A stretch of 64,000 nt of DNA from Penicillus capitatus. Taxonomy: Eukaryota > Plantae > Chlorophyta. The position numbers and the translations under genes were made by a program. The notes below the pieces were generated by a model that was not told where the DNA came from, searched no databases, and saw only the letters and a program-made list of their open reading frames with translations. Location of the stretch: NCBI GenBank assembly GCA_965649825.1, contig OZ287701.1:609101-673100 (forward strand). Reading direction: 5' to 3'. Shown piece by piece: positions 51,270-61,216 of this stretch (the stretch's first letter is position 1; each line of letters opens with the position of its first letter).

Positions 51270-54200
51270 TCAAGTATGACCATTCTTTTTGGACCACATC
51301 ACCAATATCAATTTAACAAAGTCAAGTAGCCGATCTAAGCCATACTCAAACAATTCGTCAATATCATCGAAACGGGCATTCCCCAGGAGGAGTTGTCGGC
51401 GCTCTCTTAAGAATTCACAGCTAAAGAAATGGCTTCTCGTTTCGTTTGAATCAGGACATAGACATAATCGACAGACCCTGCTAGACTCAGGATTGAAACG
51501 CGAAAGGTATTCACGCGATCTCCAGTGGTCAAGAAGGAATTGACACAGCTCAGAAGTATCATTACGCTTCCAGGCTCTGAACCATTTGTAGGGTGGGTAG
51601 AACCCAATTTCTTTGAGTCCTCTGCATAGTGAAGATTGGTTCCAAATCCTCCGTTCTTCCACGTCACTGTACTTTTCCACGGCTTTCTTGAATTCTCTCA
51701 TCTCTTTTCGATCGCTCAGATTCTCCGATAACCATTGATTCCTATCGGTAGGAGAGCAGCCATCACTCGACATTCTCTGTATCTCCGTGAACAGCGAGCT
51801 GCTTGGCGATAGATGGGTCTCTGGGCGGTTGTCCTTCGGTATCTCTTTCAGGTTACGCTGATCTTGGAAGAGCTTTCCACCGAATAGCAAGAGTTTCTTC
51901 TTCACATAGGCTTCAGGTTGAGGCAGAGAGGCAAGACGGATGACACCGTCCGTCGGAGACGAACGAAGAGCTCCAGTAATGCACAGAGCGGCCATTCTGA
52001 CTACCTGCTTTAGCTTCAGATTGAAGGTAGCGACAGATGTTCTGTGACCCCATATTTCGCTGGCATAGAATAGGCACGGATAGATACAGCTTAGGATCAT
52101 TTGGTGCAGAAGTTCTGGATCAGAACCGAAATGTCTGTGACCGAGTTTGCGGATTACCATGAGGCGGGCGACTGCTTTTGCGCGGACCATTTCAAGATGC
52201 TTCCAGAAGTGTAACTTCTTATCAAGAACTACGCCCAGATACCGTACACTTTCTTCTTCGTTCAGCCGTTCGCCGCAAAAGTCAATTGAGATAGGAGAGA
52301 CAGCTCTCAGGTGACTAAGTCTAAGGAGCTTCGTTTTTTTCGGATTGAATTCCAAAAAGGAGGTATCACTCCATTTCTCAAGGGCATCTGCCACTGCTTG
52401 AAGTTCGCTCCGTCCATCACGTCCAACCTCGCCATATACTACGAGATCATCCGCGAATAACTGTCCATCCACACCGTCAATTCGATCCACGACAGAGAGC
52501 ACATCATCAATATAGGTGTTGAACAACGAAGGGCTCAACACACTGCCTTGGGGAACGCCTTGGTGCAACTCGTATTTCTTTGTCACACCTTTTATCGAGA
52601 TGTAGGCTTCTCGATTCATAAGAAAATCTCCTAGGATGGCAGACATCCATAGCGGCAGATTGAATTTGACCAGTTTCTTCCAGAGTAAGAGCGTCGGAAC
52701 GGAATCAAAAGCTCGCCGGATATCGAAGCTTAGAATTCCCAGTTGACAACCGTTCTTGAATGACTTGTGAGCCTCTTGAACCAGGTACCATAGAGCTTTG
52801 ATACATCCCCTACCAGCTCTGAATCCCATTTGCTTTTCGTTCCAGAGCCTTGAGCTTTCCATGTGCTCTGTGAAGAGACAGTTGATGATCCTTTCAAACT
52901 TCTTTCCAAGAATGCTTAATAGCGAAATAGGCCTAAAATTGGATGGAAACTGCTCTTTACTTCGATCTTTTATCAGCGCTACCATGGAGGCTTTTTTCCA
53001 TATTGCTGGAAAATAGCCCAATTGTAGACAAGAGTCAAATATAGGCTTAAGGGCTTTGGCAATCACAATAGCGACAGCTTCTACCTTCAGCACGTGGTTG
53101 TCAGTTCCATCAATCCCAGCGGCAGAATCATTGCGTCCAGACATGAGAGTTTCTGTAATCTCTTCTTCAGAAATCGTTGGAGCTGAATGATAGATTCCGT
53201 CCTCATTGCAGTTGCGCCATAAGCAGTATTCGTCAAAAGCCTCTGCTAGGACCTTTTGCTGCGTTTCTGGGACGTTTATCGGTGCTTCATTCGCGACATT
53301 GAAAAATTGCTTTCCGAGGGCGTCCGCTATAGCAATGCTATCAGTTTCCACCGTTAAGCTATCTTCAGACACCACATGATCGACAGAAGCGGCCTTTCGC
53401 TTTCCTGATAGCCGTTGGAGACCATCCCACATCGAATCGCCACTTAGTCCACTGCAGAATTTCCAGAACGAGGCTCTTTTCTTCATTATAGCTTGGTCCC
53501 TGAATCTATTCTGCAGACCAAGGAAGACAGCTCTGGTCGAGTCGGTCTTGTGATGTGCCCACAGGTTTCTTGCTTTCTTCATTTCACTGTGGAGCTGGCG
53601 AATTTCATCATCGTACCAGCCATTTGCCTTCGAGAAAACCCTTCTTTTAGGGATACTGTCAACATGCTTACTCAGAATTTCAGTTAGTAGCTTAAGAGAC
53701 TCATCGATTTCAGCCACAGTTCTATGTACCAGACCGGAATAGAGCCCTTGGTCATAAAGACTGTCTTTAAGAGTGTTCGAGAACCTAAACCAATCGACAG
53801 ACTTCCAATCTGATTTCAAACGAAAAGAAAGTTCAGTTGCCCATTTGATATGAGTGACAATTAATTCATGATCAGATGTGGGTACTTCACCCACCACTAC
53901 TTGCCACGACAGAATATGTTTCTCTAAGTCGTGCGTTGAAAGAGTTATATCTATCCAGTGCCCATTTCCAAAACAATCTAGAAAAGTTGGTGCAGAGTCT
54001 ACAGAATTCACAACTGACAGCGAGTTAGAAAAAATCAGTTCCTCGATATCCATGCCAACATTGTTCGAGTCCTGTACATTACTCCACAAGGGACTCTTTC
54101 CGTTACCATCTCCCACAACAAGGACTTTATTAGTATAGCGTTTCAAATGAGAAATCGAATCATTGAGTTCATTTAAACCATCCCCTGTTGTATGCTTTAC

Positions 54201-54530
54201 ATAAAATGAAATAATCCCAAGTTTATCTTTGCCTGATGAAATAAGCAAGGGAAATACTCTGCTAAAGGATCTCCCTCCTAACGAGTAGTTCAAATTTCTT
54301 TTAACTAGAAAACCGGCATTTGCTTCACCTCTCAAGAAACGGAGCCAAGTGTAAGCACCAAAACTGTAGTCTCTCGTTTTCAACCTATTCGGGGGCTCCG
54401 ATACAGCTATCAGGTCAAACCTTTCATTCGACAAAAGAAGTTCAAGCGAGTAGAGTGCAGCTGGGGAAGAGCGTAAGTTGATTTGCGCCACGAGGATGTC
54501 GGAAACCTTTTTAGATCTAGTCGTGTTCAT
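51270..54530 (-). CDS. LINE ORF2: APE endonuclease, reverse transcriptase and C-terminal Cys/His motif
   Basis: 1086 aa. APE motifs QINL, IAVSEP, VGDGN, WIDITL, SDH. RT motifs FRPISLL, QMGFR, SFDIRRAFDSV, GVPQGSVLSP, FADD, RYLGV. C-terminal CRLC...ETRSHFFSC. I see no RNase H domain. Confidence 0.95.
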   Translation of the reverse strand: MNTTRSKKVSDILVAQINLRSSPAALYSLELLLSNERFDLIAVSEPPNRLKTRDYSFGAYTWLRFLRGEANAGFLVKRNLNYSLGGRSFSRVFPLLISSGKDKLGIISFYVKHTTGDGLNELNDSISHLKRYTNKVLVVGDGNGKSPLWSNVQDSNNVGMDIEELIFSNSLSVVNSVDSAPTFLDCFGNGHWIDITLSTHDLEKHILSWQVVVGEVPTSDHELIVTHIKWATELSFRLKSDWKSVDWFRFSNTLKDSLYDQGLYSGLVHRTVAEIDESLKLLTEILSKHVDSIPKRRVFSKANGWYDDEIRQLHSEMKKARNLWAHHKTDSTRAVFLGLQNRFRDQAIMKKRASFWKFCSGLSGDSMWDGLQRLSGKRKAASVDHVVSEDSLTVETDSIAIADALGKQFFNVANEAPINVPETQQKVLAEAFDEYCLWRNCNEDGIYHSAPTISEEEITETLMSGRNDSAAGIDGTDNHVLKVEAVAIVIAKALKPIFDSCLQLGYFPAIWKKASMVALIKDRSKEQFPSNFRPISLLSILGKKFERIINCLFTEHMESSRLWNEKQMGFRAGRGCIKALWYLVQEAHKSFKNGCQLGILSFDIRRAFDSVPTLLLWKKLVKFNLPLWMSAILGDFLMNREAYISIKGVTKKYELHQGVPQGSVLSPSLFNTYIDDVLSVVDRIDGVDGQLFADDLVVYGEVGRDGRSELQAVADALEKWSDTSFLEFNPKKTKLLRLSHLRAVSPISIDFCGERLNEEESVRYLGVVLDKKLHFWKHLEMVRAKAVARLMVIRKLGHRHFGSDPELLHQMILSCIYPCLFYASEIWGHRTSVATFNLKLKQVVRMAALCITGALRSSPTDGVIRLASLPQPEAYVKKKLLLFGGKLFQDQRNLKEIPKDNRPETHLSPSSSLFTEIQRMSSDGCSPTDRNQWLSENLSDRKEMREFKKAVEKYSDVEERRIWNQSSLCRGLKEIGFYPPYKWFRAWKRNDTSELCQFLLDHWRSREYLSRFNPESSRVCRLCLCPDSNETRSHFFSCEFLRERRQLLLGNARFDDIDELFEYGLDRLLDFVKLILVMWSKKNGHT

Positions 54531-54547
54531 GGCGGCTAAAAGTGGAG

Positions 54548-56251
54548 TTACTGGCTCTTTGGGTAGGTGGATGAAGTAGCCGATCTTCGATAGTCTTCAA
54601 CCACAGTCTTGATGGCCTTTTCCAAATCCGGCTCAATCTCGAATGATCCAGTACTAGGCCGATCGTCACCCCGCTGCGATGCATTGGAAGGGACATCATC
54701 TGCCCATTCGTCTGGCCGATTCTTAGGCAAACGAGTCTGCTGTTGCACTTGAGCATTTTGTTTCGACGTCTTCCTCATCCGGAAAGAGAGGCCTTGGCCG
54801 CGCAGATCGTTTGGTTCTTCGGTAAGTCCACTCGCTCCGACCTTGGCTTTGGACTTCGGACATTCCCATGTCAAATGCTCTCCTCTACAGTTTCGGCAGA
54901 CTGGCTTGTTTCTACAGTGTTCCATTTTATGATGGCCCAATTGGCCACATTGCATGCATCTATAGCGAGGTGCTTCAAACTCTCTCGCGTAGACTGGGGC
55001 TCCCCCTACGAAGAAGCCTTGACGTTCTAGAAGCAGATCAAGGAATTCTTTGTTTCCGAAAATGCGAAAGTTTCTGGTGGGGACCAATTTCCCAGACTCG
55101 TGATCCTTGCGTTGAAGACGTTCCGCTTTCAAGATGGAGTCACGAGCCTCGTCAGGATTCTTTCCATGACAGGACGCATTGTGAACGGCGATTTCTTCAA
55201 CTAACATCTGTCCAGTGATTCCGTGTTCGATTCCTTCCGCTACGATCGAAAAGTTCGTCGTTGGGTCGAAGGAATCAACTTTGACCCACGTCCCTTTACT
55301 GGCAGTGCTTATGAGCATGTCTTTCGTCTTCGAGAGATGCTTCCATATGCGTTCCGACAACTGTAGGCGGAAACCCCCACGCTCAAGGCGTTTGCAGAAT
55401 TGCACAGCGTTTTCCTCTCCATACAATTCTTCGAGTGCTTGGTCTACTTCACGTTTGAACACCATCACTGGGATTTCCATCTTCCGAAAACCATTCATCT
55501 GAGGTTCCCAAATGCCCTGTCGCGATCTTTCGAAAGACAGCGGGTTTAATTCACGAAGTTTCTGAAGGGCTGTTGACTTTCGCTGTCTGTCAGCTTCGAC
55601 CTTAGATCGAATTTCAGAGGCCGGCGTCTTCGTCCACGTCGTTTGGGTCGGGCGCGCCTTTACAATAGCGGCCCAAGACTTCTGTTCAGGTGCGCTTTGC
55701 TCAGGCGGTTCCGGTTGACCGTACGAAGCCGTCACGTCTTGTGTCTCAAGGGCAAGACAAAGTCCGCCAATGAAACCGTCTAGCTTCGCTCTGGCCTTTT
55801 CAAACAGCAAGAAGCTGTCTGGATAAGTTGAGGCGATTCTCTCCATGTCCTTTGAGAGGCCATAGAGGACTTCGCACGCATGTTTGCCTAGGTCGCTTCG
55901 TCGGATAGGAGCTTGAGGTTTTGCCGCGCTGGATTCTGGCAGTTCGTGGAAAGAGATTTCAGACGATCCGTCACAAACGGCGGTAGAAGGGTGCTTTTCT
56001 CTGACTTCAACTCCATGGTCCTGAAGACCGTCGTCGTCTTCGGCGAGGTAGTTACGAATCAGTTCTCGCAGTCCTTCTGCAGATGTCTTTGAGTGGGCAC
56101 CGTCCAACCCCAACGACTTGGACCACTGCCGCAGCTGCTTGGTGTTAGCGTTGTCGATTTCGTCTGCCGTCGGAGTTTTCCGCGTTTCCGTCGCCTTGTG
56201 CCGCTTGCTCGCGCGCTTCTGCGATTTCTTCGCATGTGACCCCCGGGTCAT
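54548..56251 (-). CDS. LINE ORF1: gag-like nucleic-acid chaperone with zinc knuckles
   Basis: The ATG at 56251 (MTRGSHAKK) is the first ATG inside the TSD. C-terminal CMQCGQLGHHKMEHC and CRNCRGEHLTWEC. Confidence 0.9.
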   Translation of the reverse strand: MTRGSHAKKSQKRASKRHKATETRKTPTADEIDNANTKQLRQWSKSLGLDGAHSKTSAEGLRELIRNYLAEDDDGLQDHGVEVREKHPSTAVCDGSSEISFHELPESSAAKPQAPIRRSDLGKHACEVLYGLSKDMERIASTYPDSFLLFEKARAKLDGFIGGLCLALETQDVTASYGQPEPPEQSAPEQKSWAAIVKARPTQTTWTKTPASEIRSKVEADRQRKSTALQKLRELNPLSFERSRQGIWEPQMNGFRKMEIPVMVFKREVDQALEELYGEENAVQFCKRLERGGFRLQLSERIWKHLSKTKDMLISTASKGTWVKVDSFDPTTNFSIVAEGIEHGITGQMLVEEIAVHNASCHGKNPDEARDSILKAERLQRKDHESGKLVPTRNFRIFGNKEFLDLLLERQGFFVGGAPVYAREFEAPRYRCMQCGQLGHHKMEHCRNKPVCRNCRGEHLTWECPKSKAKVGASGLTEEPNDLRGQGLSFRMRKTSKQNAQVQQQTRLPKNRPDEWADDVPSNASQRGDDRPSTGSFEIEPDLEKAIKTVVEDYRRSATSSTYPKSQ

Positions 56252-56263
56252 ATCAAAAAAGTA

Positions 56264-56276
56264 GGGAATTCCTCGT
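56264..56276. repeat. Target-site duplication, right copy (gggaattcctcgt)
   Basis: Identical to 51146-51158 and lies 12 nt upstream of the ORF1 ATG. Confidence 0.9.
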
Positions 56277-56589
56277 ACGACACACGTTCGTTCCATCGTT
56301 TCAAAACCCTCTCGGAACGACGGTGTTCATTCATGCGAAAAAGCACGCTGAAGCCCTCAGGCTCTCGGTCCAGAGGCCCTGACGACGCCCCCGACCAGGG
56401 CGCAAGGCGGCCGCTCAGACGCCACCACGTGACCGCGCACCTCCGCGCGGCGGATTTTACTGTTCTACCCCAGAACCGAGGGACTCTCCAGAACCGGGGG
56501 AACCGCCCGACGATGGGAACCTAGAGAGGCTTCTGTACACCCGCGCGGGCCCACGGGCGACTTCCGGAACCTTCTGTGTTAGCACGAAC

Positions 56590-57566
56590 ACCGACTTGCC
56601 ACGCTGACCGCCATCTCTCTCAAAGGCGTATTCGACGCCGCTGTCCCAGGTAACCAGCGCGACTCGTCCTGGTCGAAGACGAAGATTCTCGACGCACTCG
56701 CCGTTTTCCTCAAGGACTTCAGAGCGACTTCCGCCGTGAAACCGTCGGAGCTGCCGTGCCCCACAGCAGTGCCGGATCACCCAGAGCAACCTCTCCCTCA
56801 CCCCGCCCCACGAGACTTCGCGGCCCAGCAGACGGATAGGCACTCCTTCCGAGCATGGATGAAACTCAGCATGGAGGGGATCTCGAAAGCACTTAATGCA
56901 CTGGGGGATACAATGGAATTCCTGGGAGGCATCGAGCAAGGACAGACGTTCTCCAGAGAACAACACCAGCACCTGAAGGAAATCGCCGCCTGCGCACATT
57001 CGCACCTGCATGGTCTGGTCCTCGCCTTCCAGCTCATGAATGATGTGTATCAGGACTGTCGTGCGTCCCAAGTGCCGATGACAGCAGCTCGCATTAGAGG
57101 AGTCGGAGAGGAGCAGACAGCCCCGCAGCAATTATACGCACAAGTCGCTCGCACTGCCCAGACCTCTGTCCCAAAGCAGCACTCCGAACAGATCCGAGCG
57201 ATCAGAAAACACACCCAGGAGATAAAGGCCCAGATCCGCTGTGATGAACGTAGTTTCCAGTTCTGCCCAGTTTCCTTGAAAGGCGACCGACCATCGCTCC
57301 GACAACTTGGCATAGGCCTGGAACGGAAGCTGAAGCTCCAGAACCTGAAGGCTTGCGTCGAAGACATCCGAACCGATCAGGGCGGCAGATTTTATGTCCA
57401 GGTGCGAGACGATCATCGCGAGCAGTTCGAGAAGGCACTGGATCGAGCCCTAGAATGTACGGATGGCAGATGGAACATGGTCCTCGAAGACTTGGGCACA
57501 TTTGCAGTCAACAATCCATACAGGCACCAAAAAAGCCACATCGCGGTGCGAACCGGCAATATTTGA
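56590..57566 (+). pseudogene. Degenerate ORF1 of a second, related LINE family
   Basis: By-eye colinear similarity to the neighbouring ORF1: HLHGLVLAFQ~FIGGLCLALE, QLYAQVAR~KSWAAIVK, GGRFYVQV~GGFRLQL, DGRWNMV~KGTWVKV. No in-frame ATG at the 5' end, it stops before the zinc knuckles, and no ORF2 follows. Confidence 0.6.
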
Positions 57567-58920
57567 AGACCTCCTACTCCGCGAAAGCTGCCACGTCAGC
57601 TACGGACCCGTCGGCTTCCCGACGAAGCATTCTTGTCCAACTTCTTGCCCATCGGACTCTCCCTTTATCCGAGAGTGCGTCATCGATCCAAGCCAAAAAT
57701 CAGACACGAACAACTGCTTTTCTTCGAGCTTCATAACGTTTTTCAAGCGTCTTACACTGTTCCCGTGCAAAGCGCTCAAATACCGACAGTGGCGCAACAT
57801 ATCCTCAGGTCTTGTTCTGTCGTTCCTCTTCTATGTGTCTCGCATTCCGTCCATGTCATCAATCACTTTCCCGTTCAGTCGGCATTCGACGGCGAGATCC
57901 GCTCTTCTTTCTGAAAACGGATTTTGTGGTTGGATAGTCGATTCGGCAAGAACAACGCAGAACCTGCAAAAATACACCTTGATGTAACTGTGATGGAAAA
58001 AACGTGTCTGTGTGAGACAGAGACTACAAAACCACGAGTAAGCCCATAACGACAGCTACAATAGCGTCCAAAAACACTCTATTGGAAGTAAAGCTTTTAA
58101 GCTCAAAAAGTTCTACCGATGCTTAGATACCACTCGTATCTTTTTTGATATCACACATCAGCTGTTCGTAACAGCCGATCGATGACCATGACGGAAAAAA
58201 TCCTTGACTGATGGATCGGCCGTCAGCAGAGCGGTTCAGCTGTTTTCGTCATTTCCGAACACCACATCGCGTTATTTCTAAGCGATTGAAGATCATGCCA
58301 TGCATCCCTTATCTCCAGACGTTCAACATAGTTTTTGGGACATCCCCTGGGAAACACGACGGGAAACAGCATTTTCGACTGGGATCATTGCTTTTTAGCA
58401 AATTACTCTTCCAGTGCTCACCGACAGACATTCTCGTCGCCGTTGTGAAAAGAGGGAAGACGTTGGGTTTCGGATCATCACAATGGACGTATCCGAAGCG
58501 AATCGCTTCTGATGTTTCGTCCGACGAACTTAGCGACCTTCAGACTGCAGATATCATTGGCATCAGGTCTTGAAAGACTAGCGGATGGATGTGTTCAACA
58601 AAAACAAGTCAGCAATCGTGTTCTCGAACAGAGTCCTTCGACGGAGCCTTCAAACGAAGGCCGTATTTTGCCCGAAGGCTCACTCACTTCTACGAAAAAA
58701 CAGACGATCGTTTAACAACGGTTTCGATCACGTAGCACGATTGCACTGCGCGTTTTCTCTCTTAAGCACCATGTCGATTGAGAAACGCCATTCCTTTTGG
58801 TGTCCGAAAGAGTACGGCCAGCGGACACAAGATACCGCCCATCCCATCACGACGCAACCAACTTTGACGGTACCCTTCTTTGATACCGAATACGCTCAGT
58901 GCAGTTATATATGAAAGGAA

Positions 58921-61102
58921 ATGCGAGCTGATTTACCCTCTCTGAGACACCGGCTTGTAAGCGGCGACAGTCAAGGAGAAAATTCCTCAGCGGCATCCAA
59001 TTACTCATGTTCATCTGTTGAGTCTTTGCTGGCCTTTCATAAGGTTGGACCCATAAAGACAGCACCTCCACTTGACCGACTGCCAACACTCCTTACCTTT
59101 TCTTTCCAACCTGTTCGTCAAGAAACTATACGACGCAGAGTCTCGACCAAAACGAAGTCGAAAGTGCAACACCTGTCTCAGACATACTTGACCATTTTGT
59201 TCTAGAGATGTTTTGAAACGAGGCTGCACCATAAACGAGTTGATAAACAACTGCCCAAAAGATCTGTTTCTTGTTCTGAATGAACTGGCCATCACAAAAC
59301 TTGGCACTTTCAATGCAAATGTACGGTCAGACATAGTTGACTGCTGTGCAGTTAGTTTCGTGGCTGTCTCAGGTCACAAATGTCCTTGATGCGTTCGGAA
59401 AGAACGTGATGCTGACCCGTGGATTCGATGCTGTCAATGATCCAGACTGGGAAAGCAACTGGAAAGATCTCTTACACTCTAAAAGTATCCGCAGCTCGGT
59501 TACTTTGTCAAGTTGATTCCTAGCAGATGGAATGTTTCACATTCCTCGCTGTTTTTCCAGGTGACGTGAACGAGATGGTGTCCTTGGGAGCGTACGCGAT
59601 CAACGTGCAGGACATTACAGATCGCCGGAAAGGGGCCATTCTGCAAGTCCTTTTACAGAAGTGCGTTGCTGGAAGAGCCTCGAAGAAAATCTGGGAGCTC
59701 CCAGTCGTGTCTGCTGTCATCAATTATCATTGGCAGCACTGGGCGCAATCTTTCCTTCTGGTATCGTTTGGATGCTTCATGGCATGGCTTATCAGTTACG
59801 TCAGCTTTCTCATTTTTTACATTGTATCCAATAGTCATCCAAGTGATTGACGTGCTCATGGACGAGTTGTCGCAGGGTACAGAGATGAGCGATGAAGGAA
59901 AGAGCTTTTTCTCTCCCGGCACACTCAGTGCATCTCTCACTCTCCTGACATCCATTGCCTCTTTTATTTTCATGATTCCTTTTGTCGCTGAAGTTATTTT
60001 GGCGTTGAGGAGCCAGGAACTCACGTTCTTCGGCTTGAAGAACCTATTGGACGTCGCAGTGGTCATCCTGCAGACCTGCATCTTCACCTGCCACGTCTGC
60101 AGTTTTCATCTAGAGTCGACGACCTTCGGCGTGATTCTAGCAACGCAATGTGTTCTCCTGTTCACCAAAGTCCAAAACTTTGGCCAGTAAACCATCTCGT
60201 CCTCAGCAGTCTCCAAGTACTCTGTTCTCGTAGGGTATTGGGTAGAAGTGCCTACTTTTCAGAGACTTTCTTGGCAGTGATGTACGATGTGCGTTATCTC
60301 CTGTTCTACATCGTGTACAGTGCATTCTCTGCCTCGCTCTGTGTTGCTATCCTATACAAGAATGACAAGGTTTCCCTTCTCGTCTTGCCTGAAACGAGGA
60401 CCTACTGTGTTTTCAGGAGTTCCGAGAACAGGACGAGTTTGGACACCACTTCGATTCGTTCAAGAGTGCCATGGTGACGACCTACCAGTTGATCTTCGGG
60501 AGTTTCGAAGTGGGCTACATTCTGGATGCCAGTCACGTCTGGCTGAAGTTTATCTTTTTTGTCGGTTTCCAAATCTACATGACAGTCACTGTTTTCAATC
60601 TTCTCATTGCTGTCATGAACATTTCATATGCTGCCGTGGCCAAAGATTCCAACATTAGACACAACAGAGGACGTGCCGAGGTGATCGACAAACTCGATGT
60701 CCTCGGCATGCCTCGCATTCTATCCAAAGTCCTCGGACCATACATACATTTTCTGGTGGTAGAGAGGGAAGACGAAGGGTAAGACATCCCGCCGTGAACT
60801 TGTTCGTATTTTGCTAATGCTACGTGAACAGGCCGCCTGTATGGAGTGGACGAATATCTGACTCCTTCAATGAACGGCGCGATCTGCTGCAGCACATTGA
60901 AACGGTGGCTAATTCGGTAACCACGTTGAGAAACGAAGTCCAACAAATGAAGGCCGAAAATGATCGAGAAATCAAACAGCTTTCCTCCAAACTTGACGTC
61001 TCTCATTCTGTCTCTTATCCTTTGCACGAGAAGAGACTGCCATAACAGGTTTTGCTGGAGACCCTCGTCATGGACAACGCAAAACATCGAAGCGGAGAAT
61101 GA
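58921..61102 (+). CDS. TRP-like cation channel, copy 2 (tandem paralog); spliced
   Basis: Same exon layout and motifs as copy 1: PVVSAVINYHWQHWA, TTYQLIFGSFE, FNLLIAVMNISY, RHNRGRAEVIDKLD, coiled coil. Confidence 0.82.
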
Positions 61103-61216
61103 AAAGCCAGAGAAGCTTCATGTTTCACATTGCGTTGTTTTCTGGCCAACTCTTTCACAACGAACGGATGGTAGGTTTGTATACAATAGAAAATGTATAG
61201 CTCGGGACATCACCCT

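Larger units (their letters stand above)
51159..56263 (-). mobile_element. Full-length non-LTR retrotransposon (LINE, APE type; I/R1/Tad/Jockey-like group)
   Basis: Two intact ORFs (gag-like and APE-RT), a 3' (CA)n tail and a 13-bp direct repeat gggaattcctcgt on both sides. Confidence 0.93.

Noticed and set aside
56252-56296. ORF1 start at 56296 as given by the ORF track
   Set aside because: That start lies outside the TSD in flanking DNA. The first ATG inside the element is at 56251.
57600-57800. Kinase-like fragment on the - strand (LHGNSVRRLKNVMKLEEKQLFVSDFWLG)
   Set aside because: It lacks HRD and DFG, no other kinase subdomains are nearby, and the resemblance is probably chance.
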